From Sphyrna mokarran (taxonomy: Eukaryota), in assembly GCA_024679065.1 (NCBI GenBank), contig JAGIQG010000011.1, positions 4,216,001-4,280,000 of the forward strand: a stretch of 64,000 nucleotides of DNA, written 5' to 3'. Shown one piece after another: positions 11,856 to 24,544 of this stretch. The translations under genes were made by a program, and so were the position numbers. A model generated the notes under the pieces. That model saw only the letters and a program-made list of their open reading frames with translations. It had not been told where the DNA came from and made no database searches. Each line of letters begins with the position of its first letter. Position 1 is the stretch's first letter.

Positions 11856-12759
11856 TAAAGTGTACAATTTGTTGATGTACACTCAAGATTTGTTGAGGTA
11901 AAGGCATGAGAATTGGAGTGAAAGCTCTTTCAAAGAGCTGGCACAGCTAGAATGGACTAAATGGCTGTCAATCTGTTCTGTGTCATTCTATGTCTGATGA
12001 ACATCAAGAGACAAACAAGAATTCTCAGCCTGTCTGCAGTATTCCATATCCAAAAGCCACTGCTTGGTGAAAGTAAAATTTCTGGTATCCCAAAAAGTGA
12101 ATACCCAGAGGTTTAATATAATATTTATTTGTCAGATACTCAAGTTTCTCATTGTAGGTTGACATCTAAACCTGTTGATGAGATTAAATCAATGGCTTAT
12201 AGTCCAAAATGTCTGCTTTTTTTTTATTGAAGCAATCCAAGGTTACTTGTATCACTCTGTTCTTTCCCCATAACTTATTCTGTATCAAGCCTTTATACAT
12301 TACATTAAAATATATGCTGTCCTCTGCCTCAACTGTTTCCCCGAGACAAAGTATTACATGCTCCATGTGAAAACATTTCTGTTAGCCTAATGCTATGTAT
12401 TATGTTAGCCGCAGTTACATTGCTGCTGATTTAAAGTACATTTACCTTTATTGTGTAAGTATGTTGTTTTCTATCAGCATTTGCTCACATAGAAACATAG
12501 GAACAACAGTAGAGTCATTTAGAGACTCGAACCTTTTCAGTGAGGGTCTGGCTGATCTGCAACTGAGTGTCACATTTTCATTTGCCTCCTATCTCTAAGA
12601 GCTTTGTTAGCAGCATTGTCAATTCAAAAGCAAAACACCACAGCTTCCAGAAATCTGAAATAAAAACAGAAAATGCTGGAAATACTCAGCAGGTATAGGA
12701 GAGAGAATCAGAGCTAATGGATGGATTATTCCAAAATAAATGCTGGCTTTGCCAAATAG

Positions 12760-13519
12760 ATAATGATAAATTTATACAAAAAAGATTCAGTCCCAGTTAG
12801 GATTGCTGTTATTGAGTACCCAGTTTCCAAAGAACATCAAGGTAGTGTGCAAATCCCCACTGTATAGCTGGCTTTTCTTCCCAGATATTCTGGCAATTAG
12901 TTTTTTAAAAAAATCTGATGTCATCACGTTGTTTGGACAGAGTCTCATAGATAATGCCTCAGAGACAGAGAACCTCCTATACACACAGGGGTAATCCGCC
13001 CCTCCTCGATAAGGGGGCCCTCCACATACATACAGACCTGGATAAACCCCCTCCCCCACAGCTAAGGGGTAACCTCACCTCACAAGCATCAATGTCATGC
13101 TGGTGAGGTATAAATATTCAGTGAGGGGAGCAGCATATGGTGGGGAAGCTCTTTAATTAGATATACATTTATTGAAATGCAGCTCCTATCCTTTCTGAAT
13201 GTACATTTGGACCTGGAAATCTCTTTGAATTGGTACCGCTCTAGCTTTCCACCATTCAGGAAGCACTGTGTTCAATCGTTTATAGATCCAAAGTTGTTCA
13301 ATTCATTTATCACGCCAGCAATTTATATTAGACATCTCACCTTAGTAATTCTCTAATTTTCGAGTCTTCAGTAAAAAATGTGTTCAATTATAGTTTCCCA
13401 TTCTTGGTTTCATCCTGATGAAATATGCTGCACTGACCTAGATGTTCTTTGGAAACTGGGTACTCAATAACAGCAATCCTAACTGGGACTGAATCTTTTT
13501 TGTATAAATTTATCATTAT
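12760..13519. repeat. Perfect 79-bp inverted repeat (12760-12838 / 13441-13519) with a 602-nt spacer
   Basis: ATAATGATAAATTTATAC...CCAAAGAACATC is the exact reverse complement of GATGTTCTTTGG...GTATAAATTTATCATTAT. Confidence 0.93.
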
Positions 13520-13663
13520 TTATTTATTCTTGGCCCCTATTTTTAAAATCCAAACTCTGTCAATCTTTTTTTCTTGCTTTATCTCCTGATAAAACACTTC
13601 CAAGGAATTGGTATTTTGAGCTCTTGAGCTTTGTCCATCAGCATTTGGAAGTGCCCATTTGAT

Positions 13664-13715
13664 CAATGGTTCCCAAACGATGTACCATGACACATAAAAG
13701 GTGGGGAAATCACTG
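13664..13715. mobile_element. 52-bp minimal hAT-like element
   Basis: Termini CAATGGTTCCC / GGGAAATCACTG; flanks CATTTGAT / CTTTAGAT (6/8 TSD match). Confidence 0.45.
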
Positions 13716-14079
13716 CTTTAGATTGTTATTTGTTCAAATGCTCTTAACCAACATCGCTAAAATAGTTTGGCTGTTTTCGTTGCTAATTGTGGAATCTTGC
13801 TGTATGCAAATTCATATGTTACACTTCTCTATTTTACAATAGGGTCTGCAGTTCAAAAGTACTTAATTGGTTGTGCAGTACTTTGTAATGTTCTCAGATT
13901 GTGAAAGGTTGAATGCAAAAGTTTTTTTATCGTGTTTTTGTTTGTTTACTGAAGTTAATCTTTTAATTGTGATGCTCAGTTGAGCTGCAGTTGGACTCCT
14001 ATTGACTTGCCATTTTGGATAATGTTTTTAGTTTTGCAATAAATTATAGAATCTGAATGTGTCTGCTCCTTGTCTGCTG

Positions 14080-14400
14080 CAAACTGAAGATGCTGGGAAT
14101 TATCAACAGGTGTGATATCTATAGAGAAGAAACTGAGTTAATGTTTAGGTTGTTGTCCTTTCATCAGAATTGGAAGTTGTTATTAGGCTTAAGTTTAGAA
14201 GCAAAGGAAATGGTTGTGGGAGAAGATGTGTGATGGAGTGGAGGACAGGAGTGATTAAATGGCAGCAGGAATGATAGTGCAAAGAAGCAATAAAGAATCA
14301 GGTGATGAATTTGGAATTATAAATGAATACATTGAAACATTACTGGTACCACCACTGAAAAGTGAACATATTGATTGCAGGAAATGGGTGAGAACTTTGG
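14080..14400 (-). mobile_element. Old Penelope-associated repeat (second family) with a decayed hammerhead motif
   Basis: gatgctgggaattatcaacagg...gagttaatgtttaggttgttgtcctttcatcagaa; related heads at about 3925, 12650, 14690 and 48910. Confidence 0.55.
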
Positions 14401-15749
14401 CTTGAGGAGCATGAATGATAGAAATATGTTAGTGTGTATGGGTTTGAAGCACAAAAGCAGAACTTAATTTGGAATTCATATGTAGTGCCTCAGATAATAT
14501 GCCGAGGAAAGAGGTGTGTCTGTGAAAGTGAGTTTTACTGGTTACCTGATCAACCACAAGAAGGAAAATAGAAATAACCAAGGTGAACCATGTAAGAAAT
14601 GGAAACTCAGTTGAGTGATCAGAACTACTTCAAGATGGACATTCCTGGAAGTGGAACAGAATAAATTAAGTACTCAATCTAAAGCAAAATCCTGGAAATC
14701 TGATATTTAAAACAGAACATGAGAAACACCCAACACCTTCGGCTGCATCTATGGTTGTGAACATCTTTAAAATTTTAGCTCTCTCTCCCTCCTTCCTAGG
14801 AAGTACTTCTGCTTAAAGGATAACTAATGGTATCCTTGCATGCCTTTCTAATTATTCTACTTTGAAGTGAAGGCTTTGTGTCTATAGTTAATTCTTTCCC
14901 GTAATAAAACTTTAAATGTTTGTAGAATGCAGTGACTACTTTCCAAATGTTTAAGTGAAACAAGGTATGTTTAAAATTGCCCAAGAATTTTGCAGAGCTT
15001 TCAAGGTATTTTAAATCTCTCTCAGTTTATGTTGTTTCACACCAAGCAGTTTGAGACTTCATCCTCCTGTCCATCTCATCCTCCTTCTGTGGTGTGCAGG
15101 TTCGATCTGGGATAAAGATTTACATTACAACTTTTACGTTGCACAAATAATTTTGTAACCATGCTAAAATTGTAGGATAAACATTGTCAAAATGAACTCA
15201 TTTAAAGATTTCCACCATGGCCATAGGGATGGGCTCTGGAATTCTTTAACAATTTTCTCTAGTGGTTTGTACTCTCTGCCTAGAATGTGATATTTTTCCA
15301 ACTTCTTATTCAGTCCTCATTTAATATTTTCCATATCAAGTATGGCAGTGGTCAGATGAGGGCAAAGCTTTCCGTGCATGTTTCTTTTTCACTACATTAT
15401 CTAGACATTTAAATTTATTGAGTTAGTTCTGAACTAGTCACATCAGCTGAAAGCTTTAACGTCTTCTGAATAGATTGTTAGCTTGGTGATAGTTTTGCAG
15501 CATTATGGACATTTCTGTGTTGTGAATTTTCCTCTCTGTTAATGGTGGTCCTTCTGCCTTAGAGATTTTTGTCAGTTGCTCCAGATGGAATTGATCTGAA
15601 GTGGAGTAATGCTTTCTTAGTTCAACTGAGCTAGTTTGCACAACAAAGCTTGTTGTAAACTTTTTTATTAAGTCATGCCTTTATGATCCACCATTATAGC
15701 ATTGGCTTATTAATGTATTATTCTTGTCAAATTAGTACAGAGAGCGTAG

Positions 15750-16035
15750 AGTCTAAAGAGTCCATACAGTGCTCAAGATGGCCAATTGGCCCACCGAGCC
15801 TGCACTGATGACAATCCCCTATCCGCGTAACCTCACATGCTTACCCTACAATCCCCCAACACTAAGTATGGCCAATCCATCTAATCTGCACACCTTGGAA
15901 TGTGGGAGGAAATTGGTGGACCTGGAGGAAATGAGGGGACTGTACAAACTCCAAAGAGATGGGCACCCAAGGCTGAAATTGAACCCGGGTCCTTGGCACC
16001 GTGAGGCAGCAGTGCTAATCACTCTGCCACTGTGT
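15750..16035 (-). mobile_element. HE1-like SINE
   Basis: ...gaacccgggtccttggcaccgtgaggcagcagtgctaatcactctgccac (antisense tRNA-like head) plus V-domain. Confidence 0.8.
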
Positions 16036-18062
16036 TACTCGTGGTAACTGGGGATATAGCCATCTAGTTTTGATTGAAAATGTCATTTTGGCAGTGCACT
16101 GAACAATGTGTTTGTCTTTGACTGAAATCACCAAAATATGAATGTTAGAGAAACCTAAGAAGTTAGGCCAGGAGAAATTCATGAAGTGTAAAGGTAATTC
16201 TGGATATGTGGTTTAGATTGCCTTGATGGATTTATGTGACTATACGTAATGTAAATGATTGGTGGACCCGGCTGCATCTCATGACCAACTAGCTCAATTT
16301 ATCACTAAATACTGCCTTTCATCATATTTGTGATACCTTTCTTTTGTTTCCAAATTCACTGGAGTGTTATTAGAAAATTTCAGATGTTTTATATTGCTTA
16401 CAAAGACTAGTCTCTGCAACATTGATATAAAACAATATTTAAAAAAAATTCTGCTGGAACCTATGCTATTGAAATGAAGCAAATCATTTATAATGTTGCA
16501 TGTACATTACTTGTTTTTAATCAGTGGCCTTGTGCACCCTATCTCTGCCATCTCCTACAGCTGTACAACCTGCTCCAGTGTCTCAACGCTGAGATATCTG
16601 CTCTCATCTAATTCTGGCCTTACGAATCCTCAATTTTAATCATTCTACCATTAGTTTCTGTGCCTTCAGCTGCTGAGACCCTAAGATCTGGAATTCCCTC
16701 CCTACACCATTCTGTCTTTCTACCTTGCTTTCCTATAAGACAGTCCTAAAAACTTGACAAACCCTTTTTCTTTTACCTAACTTTAATATCTCCTTATGTG
16801 GTTTGGTGTCAAATTTTGTTCTATAATGCCCCTGTGAAGTTCCTTGGAGCACTTTAATATGTTGAAGTTGCCATATGAACACTTTTTTATAAACAAGCCT
16901 ATGGGATATTATTGTGCACCTCTTATGCTGTTATATATCTACTGATGCAGTTTTTGTAAGAAACCAATTTTAATGTTTGTTGCATTTATTCATGCAATAC
17001 CATGCTTATTCAAGATGCTTGCTTCTTGAGCCCCAGTGTCAGACAGTGCAGCATTATCTAAAAAAACGATACTGTATTGCAGTGGCAAGTATCACTAAAA
17101 TTTGAAGTTGAATATATTTAATATTGCATGTCTGAGATCTTGTTTTGAAGTACTAATGTTTTTGTCTACTTCAGATTTAAAGTCTAATAATGTTGTCCAC
17201 TACATTAGCCACCACCTTATAAATTGGGAATCCAGATGCAGCTAGTTGTCATTTTGTTAAATAATAAATGAAAATAGTTGTTGGGCACATGATCTCAGTA
17301 TTTGCATTCAATTGGATGCATATGCTCTTTAATCATTTGTGCATTTCTCAGCAAAGTTGTTATATATTTTGATCAGTTTGCCTATTTGCTGTCTGCTAAA
17401 ATATTGTTTTAGCAGGGTGAACAGTCATTGTGGAAACATCAGTGATAGTTTTCCTCTGTACAGTCAGCTTGATTGGTTGAAATAATCTCTGCGTGCCAGA
17501 AGAAGAATTAAGTCCGACCAGCAGTACAACAAGGCACATCATGTGGCAAAAGAAAAGCCACATGTTCTTGAAAGCTTACTGTAGAATTGATAGTATGCAA
17601 GTCAACTTCCACAGGAATGACTTTGATGAAGTTAGATTACCTCCAACACTACTGGACAGAGCCTTAGATGTTGCAGTTAATGCACATTTGTGCTGTGTGT
17701 GATAAATTCATGCCAGAGTTCCAAACTTTGAAGGAGAAACACTGCAGAGTTGTTAAGTAAGCATGCACGAGAAGAACACTTACCTATACCCGTATAAGGT
17801 GTTTTTCATTTAAGATTAGTGCATATTACCATAGCCATTGGTCTACAATAGAGTGGAAATTTTATTTGTAAAATGATGCACATCATCTTGATAGCTTTTC
17901 TTGTTTAGTATGGTGCATTTATTTTGTGAAAAAAAATCATGCAATTTGATAATAAATTATTGTTGACCATGAGATTAACCTCGATAATTGTCTACTTGCT
18001 AACAGCAGGAATCTTGTCCAGGAAAAGTGCAACAATTAACCTAAGCACTTTGTTCTCTTTAG

Positions 18063-18139
18063 GAAGTTACAGCCAGCAGTCGTCATTATGTTGACCGGCT
18101 CTTTGATCCCGACCCCCAGAAGGTGTTGCAAGGTGTTAT
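18063..18139 (+). CDS. ARMC8: ARMC8 coding exon 2
   Basis: ttctctttag|EVTASSRHYVDRLFDPDPQKVLQGV(I)|gtaagt; 77 nt. Confidence 0.97.
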
Positions 18140-19022
18140 GTAAGTACTGTATGAGGATGTGTAATCCATCTCTTCTAGATCCTTGGGTAAACTTCATTAC
18201 AATTTGTAAACCATGTCTCACTTGTGATAAACCAATCAGTCACATAGACTGCAGTTAATTAATTTAATGACTATCTATGATGCTGACCATAAATTTAAGT
18301 TTTGGGAATGAATGAATAAATGGCCTCAGTTGTGGCAGTTAAAGATACTTTGATGTTCTTTAGATGCAAGTGATTTTATGGAAATAGCTACATACAAAAT
18401 ATTCAGAACCTTGGTTAAAAACCATAATTATGTGTTTTTTCAACATGCATGACACTTTGATTTAAAGCACTGAAGAAAACCACATTTAAATGATCTCCAG
18501 ATTATAATAAGTAACAATGGAAGTATTATCTTAATCAGTCTTGTAAACAATGGCTGCAGATCTCATTTTAAAAGAAGAGGCTTAGTACATGGTTCCAGTG
18601 ATTTTTGACTGAAATATGATTGTGTTTGGTTTGCATTGTTAACCTTGAGGGAAATACATTATTTTCCTGAAATGTAAGATGAGCTTGGATCTTAAAATAT
18701 CAGCGCAACAAATAATACTTGAGTATCCCTTTAAAGCAAAGAATAACTTCACAAAGTACAAAAAAGGGCATCCTAGAAACATATGCCACCTGAAACAGGT
18801 TTAAAAATACACAAGTGGAAGACTGATGGTGGCCATATGTGGCCCACAGCCAGACTGTTGGTTCAAAATGGACTCCACTGAAATTGTGGGAATAGTCCCC
18901 AGGAGCGCAAATTTTGGAAACAAAATATTTTACTATGAAATTAAATATTGAAAGATCAAATCACTTTGCTTTTGGTGTTTTTTTTTAAATTGTTTTGTGT
19001 GTTTGCTTAATTTTTTCTGCAG

Positions 19023-19094
19023 TGACATGAAGAATGCTGTAATTGGAAATAACAAACAGAAAGCGAACCTTATTGTCCTGGGAGCAGTACCAAG
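19023..19094 (+). CDS. ARMC8: ARMC8 coding exon 3
   Basis: ttctgcag|[23 protein letters not shown](R)|gtattg; 72 nt. Confidence 0.97.
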
Positions 19095-19340
19095 GTATTG
19101 TGATAGTTTTATCATTCTCTATATTCAGATCATGGGACCTGGAGTAGGTCCTTTAGCTCCTTGTGTGTGTTCTCACCATTCAGTGGCTGACCTGGGATCT
19201 AACTCCATGTTCCCACCTTTGCATCATTATTCTTTAATACCTTTGATTTAACAGAAATCTATTATTTTAGATTTTAAATTGGTCATTGACCCAGCGTAAC
19301 AACCATCTGTGGGAGAGTTACAAACTTCTACTGACCTGTG

Positions 19341-19735
19341 TCAGTCATGGCTCAGCTGGTAGGGTTCTTGCCTCTGGGAGTCAGAAGGTTGCAATTTGCT
19401 AGTGCTTCTCCAGGACTTGAGAATGATAAGTACTGAGGATGTGTGGCACCTTTTGAAGGTTATGTCTTTCAGAGGAGATGTTAAACAAAATCCCTGTCTG
19501 CCATCTTAGATAGACAATCCCATGTCACAATTTTGAAGAAGAGCAGGAGACTTATTCCTGGAGGCTGGACAATTATTTATCCAACAATCATTGTCAAAAC
19601 AAACAGATTGTTTGGCTTTTAACACATTTCTATTAATGGCAGTCCGCTTTGTACAAATTAACCACCACCTTTCCTGTATTATAATAGTGACTTGGCTTCA
19701 AAAGTACTTCATTGGTTGTAAAGCATTTTAGGACA
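19341..19735 (+). mobile_element. Near full-length Deu-domain SINE (SacSINE1/AmnSINE-like), inserted into a CR1 3' end (about 19120-19925, minus)
   Basis: Head tggctcagctggtag...gagtcagaaggttg; core gaagaagagcaggag; tail cttcaaaagtacttcattggttgtaaagcatt. Confidence 0.75.
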
Positions 19736-19959
19736 CAAAAATTTTAAATAACTAAATAAAGGGTGTCTCCTGACTTCACTTTTGAAAGGTTGACCTCTTC
19801 TTTTTAGGCTATGTGCTCTTCTCTTGGATTCCCCAATCAGCAGGACTAGTTCTCTTGTTCTGTGCTATCAGTTCCCCCTCAGTATTTTAAATTTCAAATT
19901 AATTGCCCCAAAACCTTACAAATGCACCAGCACTAATAAACAAATATTTAACTTTGTTT

Positions 19960-21675
19960 ATTCTTTTACAAGATGTGGGTATTACTGACTAGGCAAGCAT
20001 TTATGCCCATTCCTTATTGCCTTGAGAAGGTGGTGGTGAACCCACAGGTACATCCAGAGTGCTGTTAGGAAGAGAGTTCAGGATTTTGACCCTGTAGTGA
20101 AGGAACAGCGATATGGTTCCATGTCAAGGTTGTACGTAGCTTGTAGGGGATCTTCCCGTGTATCTGCTGCCCCTGTCCTTCCAGGTGATGGAGGTCACTG
20201 GTTTGGAAGGCGCTGTGGAAGGAACCTTGGTGAATTGCTGTAGTGCATCTTGTAGATGGTACACACTGCTGCCATTGAGCCTTGGCGGTGGAGGGAATGA
20301 ATATTGAAGGTGGTGAATGAGGTACCAATCAAATTTTGCATTATTGGAGCTGGAGTCTTCCAGGTAAACAAAGTGCATTCCATTAAATTCCTGATTTATT
20401 CCTTGTATGTTGTAAACAGCTTTGGGGAGTTGAAATTCACCACAGAATTCCTAGCCTTTGACCTGCTTTTGTAGTCACAGCATTTATATGGCTGATCAGT
20501 TCAGCTTCTTGTCAACAGTAGCCCTCAGGATGTTGATAATGGAGGATTCAGCGAAAGTCGTGCAATTGAATGTCATGGGGGAATGGTGAACTCCTCTTGT
20601 TGGAAATGGTCATTGCCTGCCACTTATTTGCCCAAGCCTGGATGTTGTCTAGATCTTGCTGCATGTGGGTATGGACTGTCTCAGCACCTGAAGTTACAAA
20701 TTGTACCGGACATTGTACAATCAACAGTGAACATCCCTATTCCTGAGTTTATAATAGAGGGAAAGTCCTTGATGAAGCAGCTGATTTGGTTGGGCTCGGG
20801 CACTATTCTAATGCTGAATTAATTGAGCTGCAACAGTCACACCTGTGCTGTGTTATGCTATTTATGACTGAGCAGTGGAGAGTCCACTCCCGCCTCCAAC
20901 TCCCATTGACTTCAGTTTTGCTAGGGCTCCTTAATGTCTCACCGACTCAAATGCTGTTTTGATGTCAAGTCACTCACCTCTTGAGATCAGCTCTTTTGTC
21001 CTTGTTTGGACCAAGGCTGTAATGAGATCAGGACTTCGGTGCTCTGACAGAGCTCAAACTGAGTGTCAGTGAGGTGCTGCTTGATGGCACTGTTGGTAAC
21101 TTGTATAACTTTGATGATCGAGAGTAGACTGGTGGGGAAGTCATTGACTTAGTTGGCCTTGTCCTGCTTTTTGTGGACAGGATATACCTGCCAAGTGGAT
21201 GGCAGTGTTGTAACTTCACTAGGGACGTGGCTAGTTCTGGAGCATAAGTCTTTACTAATTTTGGAATGTTATCAGCGTCCTTAGCCATTTTAGTTTCCAA
21301 TGCCTTCAACTGTTTCTTGATTGCACATGGAGTGAGTTGAGTTAACTGAAAACTGGTATCTGTGACACTAGGGACCTTGGGAGGAAGCTGAGATGGATGA
21401 CTGAATCAGCACTTCTGGCTGAAGATAGCTGTCAGTTGTTTATCCTTGTTTTTTGCACTGATGCGCTGGACTCCTCCATGATTATAGATGGGGATATTTG
21501 TGAAGCTACCTCTTCCAATTAATTGTTTAATTATACAGAACAGTTTGTGGTTAGATGTGGCAGAACTGCAGAGCTTGGATCTGACCAGTTGGTTGCAACA
21601 TCAGTTAGCTCTGTCTGTTGCATGCTGCTTCTGCATGCTGATAGTCCTGAGTTGCAGCTTCTCCAGATTGACACA
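19960..21675 (-). mobile_element. Decayed CR1/L2-group LINE ORF2 and 3' end
   Basis: Minus ORF 21028..21309 KAL..K..D.DNIPKLVKTYAPELATSLVKL resembles the pre-RT motif of non-LTR elements; same 3' end recurs at about 40935 and 63720. Confidence 0.8.
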
Positions 21676-22226
21676 TGAGCTTGATAACCTGCTTAGACAA
21701 GGAAGAAATCATTGTATGGATAAGTGTTCTTTCTTGCTCCAAAGCATAAATTGCTCTTGTTTTGGGGTAAATAGGTAATTTTACTTTGCAACAACAAATT
21801 TGAAGGATGGAGTGTGTACAAATTTATCTTGTAATCCAAGTGTTTTCGGAGAGACTGAGGAATTGATGTAGAATAGAGATTTTGTTTTACTGTAACTATA
21901 TGTATGTATTGCTGTTGGGGTGCAATGTAGTTTCCTTTCCTAGCATTACCATCAACTAACTTGTGTAGGGGAAAATCTTGTCTAAAATATAAAAATGGGA
22001 GAGCATCCTGTTTATTCAATTGTGTTTGTATTAAAAGTATTTTTCCAATAAATTAAGTGGTAATTTTAGTAAATTTTGAACTATCAAATTTAAACTAAAA
22101 GCCCTATACAGTTGATGCAATCTGCTTGTGTAATTTCTCAGTATATTTAGGAAATATAAAATGATTGTGTATTTCTTTTTCATTCCAACTTGAGTTTAAA
22201 TTTAATTGCTTTTTTTTGTTTCACAG

Positions 22227-22369
22227 ATTACTTTATCTACTACAGCAAGAGACATCGACAGTGGAACTTAAAACTGAATGTGCAGTAGTATTAGGAAGTC
22301 TTGCAATGGGCACAGAAAATAATGTCAAATCTTTGTTAGATTGTCACATAATTCCAGCATTATTACAAG
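22227..22369 (+). CDS. ARMC8: ARMC8 coding exon 4
   Basis: tttcacag|[47 protein letters not shown](G)|gtaatg; 143 nt. Confidence 0.97.
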
Positions 22370-24000
22370 GTAATGTTATTTTGAATGCATGTGCATTAAC
22401 GATTAAATGATCATCATTCTGGTTTGTTTGTGATGTATTCCAAGCTGAACAATATGACAAATGGCCATTTACTTAGTTTAATGAAAAGCTGCTTCTGTGC
22501 ATATTCCTGACATAACTAGATTATAGGAGGTACTGAATATCAGATAGTTTTTTAAAGTTTATTTTTGGGATGTGAATGTTATTTGCGAGACCAGGTTTTT
22601 TTGCCCATTGTGCCTGCTGTCTGGAAGAGCGACTCATCTGATCCCACACTTTCACATTTTCCTCAGCCTTGCAACTCTTCTTACTTCAGATAATTATACA
22701 ATTGTCTTTTGAAGGCCTCAATTCAATCTGTCTCTGCACTTCTCAGAAAAGCATTCTAGATCCTATTCGTGTGCCATATAGAAAGGATTTTCCTCACGTC
22801 TCTGTTGTCAGTTGCTTTTGGTTCTTGACATTTGTCAATGGCAATGGTTTCTCTCTATTTACTCAGTCCAGACTTCTCACAATAGAGCTAAGCCTCATTA
22901 TGCCTCTTGGCTGATTTACTTGGTTTCATTACTTTGTTGAGACAGCTTGCCTTAAGGAAAACATTACTTGTTTGACAGTTCTTTCTCTCTGATGTATTCT
23001 GCCAATTGCATATTTTTTATTCACTCTAAGATAAAAGTTGAAAAAGTATGGATGATTTATACTTTTATAGGTCTATAGTAAAAACTATTTTTATGAGTGA
23101 AAATTTTAAAGGTTTTTAACATGCTGTTGTTACTAATATGGTTAGTTGGTTCTATGTGGGTGAATGGCATGGAAATGATTGTCATGGATTATATGAGGAG
23201 TCATAAGAGGTAGATGGGGGTGCATGAGGTGGCATGAGCTCACATGGAGGGGTGTGAGGGCAAGAGGGTTGTTTTTGTTTTGTTTCAGTGATTTTTTTTT
23301 TTATAAATATGGGAAGAAATCTCAGAGCACTGAGGCAGGCTTTTTGAACATCCATCTCAGTGCCTGATTGCTCAGGTTGGCTGCTTCTGAATTCTTTCTG
23401 GTGATGGCAGGTCTGACTCCTGTTATCGCTGTACCCAAACCACAGGATGGAAATCTTGCCTTTGCAGAACCTTTCCCCCAAAGTGGGTGTGCTGAGCCGG
23501 GAAATTGATTCCTGTCAACTACCTTGAAAGTGAAAATCCAGCCCTTAATCTTCCTCTGAAATTATGAAAAATGACTGTTCACTATTTTGTTTCCTATTGC
23601 TCAGCCAAATTTGCATCCATGCTGCCACTGTCCATTTTATTCCATGGGCTTCAAATTTGCTGACTTTGTGTAGGCCTTTGTCAAATGTCTTTTGGAAGTC
23701 CATGTTCATGACATCAATCTCATTACCTTCATTAACCCCCTCCATTACCTCATCAAAAGCTCATTCAAGTTAGTTGGACATGATTTCTCCTTAAATATGG
23801 GCTGGCTTTCCTTAGTTAATCCTTATTTATCCAAGTGACTTTTAATTTTGTCCTGAATTATTGTTTCTGAAAGTTTTCTCACCACTGGTCATAAGCTTTG
23901 TGGATTGCAGTTGCTGGACTTATTCTTGCACCCTATTTTTGAACAAAGGTGTAACATTTGTAGTTTTCCAATTATTTGGTTCCTGCATCACAGAGAGAAT

Positions 24001-24440
24001 GGGTGATACAGTGGTTGGCATTGCTGCCTCACAATGCCAGGGACCTAGGTTCAATTCAAGCCTCGGGCTTTAAAAAAGTTTATTTGTTAGTGTCACAAGT
24101 AGGCTTATTAATACTGCAGTGAAGTTACTGTGAAAATCTTCTAGTTGTCACATTCTGGCGCCTATTTGCATATAAAAGGGAAAATTTAGCACAGCCAATC
24201 CACCTAACCTGCACGTCTTTTACTGGGTGAAGTTTGCATGTTCTTTCCCTGCCTAGATTTCCTCCAGGTGCTCCAGTTTCTTACCACAGTCCAAATGTGT
24301 GGGTTAGGTTGATTTGCTGTGCAAAATTGCCCCTTAGTGATGGGGGATTAGCAAGGTGTTTATGGGGATAGGGCCTGGCTGGGTTTGTTATTTCAGACTC
24401 GATGGTCAGCTGGCCTCCTTCTGCACTGTAGGGGTTTCTG
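24001..24440 (+). mobile_element. HE1-like SINE containing an antisense V-SINE tail fragment (about 24071-24220)
   Basis: Head 24001-24070, inserted antisense block aagtttatttgttagtgtcacaagtagg..., body resumes at about 24221. Confidence 0.8.
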
Positions 24441-24448
24441 TTATAATG

Positions 24449-24544
24449 TAAACACAGTAAGAATTCTGACAACACCAGGTTTAAGTCCAACCGATTTATT
24501 TGATAGTGTTTACCCCAGTCCAATGCTGGCATCTCTACATCATG
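24449..24544 (+). mobile_element. Short Penelope-terminus insertion with a 5' inversion and a perfect 13-bp TSD
   Basis: TSD TTCTGTTATAATG at 24436-24448 and 24545-24557; first ~58 nt antisense, remainder sense relative to the family. Confidence 0.8.

Noticed and set aside
3482-18062. Search for an alternative first exon ending in ATG|GT that would give an MEVTASS N-terminus
   Set aside because: No convincing ATG plus consensus donor found by eye.
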